From NCBI GenBank assembly GCA_000708835.1, contig DF237179.1, positions 1 to 64,000 of the forward strand: 64,000 bases of DNA, in the 5' to 3' direction. Source of the stretch: Klebsormidium nitens (taxonomy: Eukaryota; Plantae; Klebsormidiophyceae). Under the pieces are notes generated by a model that was not told the origin of the DNA, ran no database searches, and saw only the letters and a list, made by a program, of their open reading frames with translations. Below, piece after piece: positions 59,486 through 64,000 of this stretch. The stretch's first letter is position 1; each line of letters opens with the position of its first letter. The translations under genes were made by a program, and so were the position numbers.

Positions 59486-61245
59486 TTACAACCTGGACCG
59501 TCCGAGCTCCGCCCGTCCGATGGCCTCCAGGTGGACCTCGTCCGGCCCGTCCGCAATCCTCAGCGTCCGCGCCGCGACCCACAAGTGACTCAGCGGAAAG
59601 TCCGAGCACACCCCGCCTCCCCCGTGCACCTGGATCGCCCGGTCCAACACTTTGAGCGCCGCGTTCGGAGCCACGACTTTCGCTATCGCGATCGCCACCC
59701 GGGCCTCCTTGTTCCCGTGCAGATCCAACTGGTGGGCGGCGTTTAGGACCAACAACCGCGCCTGTTCGATCTCGATGCGGCACTGGGCAATCTCCGCTTT
59801 CAGCCCCCCGTGCTCGCTCAGCGTCTTGCCAAAAGTCGTTCTGGCCCGGGACCTTGACACCATGAGTTCGATGCCCCTCTCGGCCGCACCTATCAGCCGC
59901 ATGCAGTGGTGTAAACGCCCCGGGCCGAGCCGCCCCTGCGCGATCTCGAATCCGCGCCCCTCGCCAAGCAGCAAATTCTCCGCCGGCACCCGAACGTTCT
60001 CAAAGTGCACCTCGGCGTGCCCGTGTGGGGCGTCCTCAAACCCGAACACGGTTAGCGGCCTAACCACCCTAACCCCCTCGGAACCCATGTCCACCAAAAC
60101 CATGCTCTGCTGACGGTGCTTCGAGAGCGACGGATCCGTTTTGCCCATGAAGATCGCGACGCGGCAGCGCGGGTCCATCGCCCCGGACGTCCACCACTTT
60201 TTACCGTTCAGGACGTACGAAGCGCCGCCCGGCTGCTTCGCGATGCACGCCTCGATGTTGGTCGCGTCGGAGGAGGCGACGTCCGGTTCCGTCATGGCGA
60301 AGCACGAGCGGATCCGGCCGTCCAGCAGCGGAAGCAGCCACTGCTTCTGCTGGGCGGGGGTGCCGTACCGGGCGAGTACCTGGGGGAGCAAAGGGGGCAA
60401 GTTAAGTCGGGACACCAAGTCCCTGCAACCAAATACATGTCTAACCCAGACGTAAACCCATATCCAAGCCCATGCCAAAGCATGACTGTACCGGGCGAGT
60501 ACCTGGGCGGGGAAGGCAGAGAGGTTATGCAGGGACTTTCGTACTGCCAGGCAACCGGGACCCTATAATCTCAAGCGTTGCTGATTGGGATGCCGTAATG
60601 TGCGAGCACCGACACAGGAGAAGCGGAGGTCCTGATATTGGGGGTTCGTACTGTGCTACTGACAGGACTGTTCATGCCAAACAAGGACCCAACAACCAAA
60701 CTTAGGAATTCTGCGACATCTGCTCATCATTGAGATAGCCGGGGAAAGCTAGAGCTCAACTAATGGGATGAGCAAAATGTTGCGGACTTTCAGAAACTTT
60801 GGGGTCGGATGTTCCTACCATATCAGATGACCAGTAAGAAGCTACAATCTAGTAGCCTGAGGGTTTTTGTGAAGTACCGTTCACGCCAGACAAGCTGAAG
60901 GGGGCTGTCAGTCATCTAACATACAGGCGAAACAACCCCAGTGAGTACCTGCTCTGCCGGAAGTGTCTTACCCCGAGAAGAATGGATGTCGGAATCTTTG
61001 TTCAGTGGCTTGAAGCGGCTTTTTGAACGCCCGACTGCCTGATCGGCAGAGTCCAAGGAGCGGCTTTTCGATTGCACGACTACTTGATTAGCAAATTTCA
61101 AGAAGCAAATCGTAGGCTCAAGAGTCGTATCGCAGATGCAGATTGTTGGAGAAATCCGACGAAGCACGAAGTTCACCTCCATGTTACCGGTATCAGGAGC
61201 AGAGCAGTTGAACACCTCTGGCGCCCACGCAGACTTGCCCATCAC
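59486..61245 (-). CDS. IBR3: Peroxisomal acyl-CoA dehydrogenase of the ACAD10/ACAD11/IBR3 family, 3' part only
   Basis: Exons 61245-61177 ([23 protein letters not shown]) and 60379-59486 ([63 protein letters not shown]). Ends in SRL* (PTS1). Upstream exons were not found in the window, so an N-terminal phosphotransferase domain cannot be checked and the symbol is a family-level call. Confidence 0.9.
60365..60507 (-). repeat. 20-bp perfect duplication of the acceptor and start of the last dehydrogenase exon
   Basis: gtaccgggcgagtacctggg at 60365-60384 and 60488-60507, 123 nt apart. Confidence 0.9.
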
Positions 61246-64000
61246 CTGCGGCAGAAAGTCACCACGTCGTTTCAGCAGGGCTGCAAGGTTGACAGGCATT
61301 CCGGTTACATGACGCTCCACTGTCTTACGTTTGTTTCGCGGTGCCACGTCGGCGGTTCGCTCTGGCCGTTCCTCAACAGCCGATTGAGCAATCTCAAAAG
61401 AATGCACTGCAGGCAATTGGCTCAGCTCGCAACCGTCACAATATTACCGACGCTCACGTGCCGGTTCGTGATGGAGTCCTGAAATAGTCACCGCACAACG
61501 CACTTTGACTAATCAACCGCTTAAAAACTGCACAACGGAAACATAAACAGTGCTAGACAAAAGCAGGATCTGTCGTCTGCGACTCGATAACGAGGTGCTG
61601 GAAACTCCTTGAATTCGGCGTCCTGACACGTCTCAAGCTTGGGAAAGCGTGCATCCCAAAAGTCAGTTCTCATTGCCGATAGGGCAGCGGCTCCTAAAGG
61701 TCAAGCACTCGTCGACGACAACACGGCGACCAGTACACGCAAAGCACGGCTTCCCACTTTGCTTAAAGGCAGTTGAAACAAAGTCGATTCCGGGAGTGAC
61801 CTAGACAAAGATAGAACGCCTAACTACGGCCGTCCGTTTCCTGTCGTTCCGCTATCCCAGCTGGAAGGATTAGTTCTTGGCCAAAATGCACCGACAGTTT
61901 CTTTAGTCAAGTGTCCCTACCAAGGGAGTCCAATACAGGAGATTCTGAATCCTTTTGCATCCTTTCAAATGAGGTTTGCACATGTCGCAGAACAGCTCAC
62001 GACAAGGACGAAGCTCGGTGGCTCAAGAAGCCAGCACTCCGGTACCGTTGCCATCATTTGCCTTTAATCAGGCACAGGCTACGGCGGGCACCCAGCTTCC
62101 TTGCCTTTGCAGGAAAAGAGGATTCGCTAGGGCCTACCACCTAGCAAGAACGCTAGCACTGAAAGGCAGACGTGCAGCCAACTCAGCCCCCCTTCGTACA
62201 CGATCTTACAACCAACCTCTCAGCAAGACACGAAGGGACGAGAAGAAACCCCGGAACTTTAGGACGACATTCGCACTTTGGATCTTTAGGTTCGTAAAGC
62301 ACTCGACCCTCTCGTCGGCGCTTGTCACAGGCGACTCGTTGAGAGGTTCGTAAGCCCTCCAGACCGATTCGACTTGGTAAACTGTCAGTTGCAACGGAGT
62401 TACGGGGGATGGGGAACAGAACAGCAGGGTGACTTGAGCAGAGCCTCCAAAGTGGTCCTCGACGGCGACAAAGAAGGGCAGAATCCCCCCGTTAGCGGAT
62501 TCAAACCACCAGTATCGGCTTAGAAAGATTATACTCTGAGGCTCCGCACAGAAAACAAATCTCAAAACTGGCGAGTGGTTGGAAAAACTGGACGGAGAAT
62601 ATGGTGCATCACAGCAAAGGCCCGCAAAAGCCCCTGCCTCAACATAGAGTATGACAGAAAATGATGTTAGCAAGTAGACTCTCCCTTTCTTAATACATGG
62701 ACAGATGCGGGGGAAAATGCTGTTCCGTTTGCGTCAGCTGGACACTAATCGATACCTAGGTCGAAGTGAATAAAATGATCCTTCAAGAGGAGCACTCCTG
62801 ACAATCGCTTGGTACAATTGAGCATAGTGACGGTTTTCGACACAGGGAAAAGAGACGCACAGTATCTCCAATACTACTCAGAAGGGAAGGGACTACAATA
62901 ACAGCCGGAAACTTCAGTAAACTCCCGTCCCATGTCTGCTGAGTGCTAACCAGCATCAAGAACTTTCAAAGACCGTTGAGCATCGCTCAAAGAGTGGCAA
63001 TCAGGGCCGGTGCCTGTACAAGAGACAGCTGACACACTGAAGAGTACGCAAAATAATGATAAAGGTAAAACGGACCTTGGATCGGTCAGCAGAAGAAATA
63101 GAACCTGGCAAGCCAAGTGGGCTATGAAAGTTCGGACACAGAAGGCCTCCAACGAAAGCTTAAAAGGTCGCAAGGTGAATCGGTTGATCTCTGCGCACTG
63201 GGAAGACGGTTTTGGCCGAAGGCGTCAAACGTGCTGCTGGGACTTGAGGTTGGCTGTGGCAGCGCTAAGTACAAATTCAACTCTGAAGAGACTGCTTTGA
63301 ATACGGACGTGAACGCTCACAGAACACACTGATTCAGAATGAAGAAGGTCGCAATGACGGCATCGGACCACCCATCAATCTTCCGTGAGCCCTGTTCCCA
63401 AGATATACGTCACGTGCCGCACACGATCTACAAACAACGTAACGGGAAAGAGGAGATCCCACACCTCATAAAAGCGAGCTAGCACGAAAAGAAGGTGGTC
63501 ACACGATTGAGCAGTTCTTGGGCAAAGTTGCTGTAGGCGCACTTCTGATCAAGCTGATCCAACTTGCGTCATGTGGGCACATTCAAAAGTAACGGCTCGT
63601 GCTTCCTGTTGTCAAGGAGCACTGCTTAGCGCTGGCGTCAGTGGATCAAAACAGCTTCCGACCACAAAGACGTCAACTCCAGCAAAGCAACATGACGAAA
63701 GACTGAAGCAAATCCATACCGAGACCAACATTCTAAACTTGGCAGAGCGTCGATGGCAGGTGTGAATGGGCCGCTGGTCATATGACAGTGGACTGGGCAA
63801 GCACAGCGATGCGGCCAACTGACCCACATCATCTTCCAATTCCGAAAGCAACGGTCTCAATCCTCTTTTACGGCCCAGTCTGCAAAGAAAGTCCGAAGTT
63901 GCAACTTTACCAACACCTACCCTTTCTAACGGCTCCGAACATGGTCAAGAGACACGATTCGTACTTTGTAGTAGTGCGAGTCGGTCGATCGGCTCAGCCG

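Noticed and set aside
60380-60478. MAWAWIWVY.. as the true N-terminus of the dehydrogenase
   Set aside because: The conserved upstream exon at 61245-61177 shows the gene is spliced here; this stretch is intronic or alternatively included.
1-64000. tRNA, rRNA, CRISPR array or prokaryotic defence system
   Set aside because: No cloverleaf with a T-loop, rRNA-like tract, regularly spaced repeat-spacer array or operon structure was seen; the DNA is spliced eukaryotic sequence.

Overview
Intron-rich eukaryotic nuclear DNA (GT-AG introns, GC-rich exons); no tRNA, rRNA, CRISPR array or operon was recognised. The combination of HYDIN, a GT61 glycosyltransferase and a PTS1-bearing IBR3/ACAD10-11-type dehydrogenase suggests a flagellum-retaining green or streptophyte alga such as Klebsormidium (inference). 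I assembled seven spliced genes by hand, checking exon phases. In order: secreted-protein paralog A (3282-5532 +); a GT61/DUF563 glycosyltransferase (7800-12553 -); paralog B (14409-16139 +); a large uncharacterised membrane protein (17040 to >=22840 -) head-to-head with HYDIN; HYDIN (27042-51106 +, 19 exons, about 5040 aa, one apparent frameshift in a G7 run); a 159-aa secreted protein with two C-C-CC-C-C modules (55159-58254 +); and the 3' part of a peroxisomal acyl-CoA dehydrogenase (59486-61245 -). Mobile DNA: a 5'-truncated RNase H-bearing LINE with a 22-bp target-site duplication (518-2485) and a TA-flanked 342-bp MITE (26389-26730). The most novel-looking items are the double knottin-like protein, the secreted NTF2/SnoaL-like paralog pair, two duplicated AG|GT splice junctions, and an excess of TAACCC/GGGTTA hexamers in long exons.
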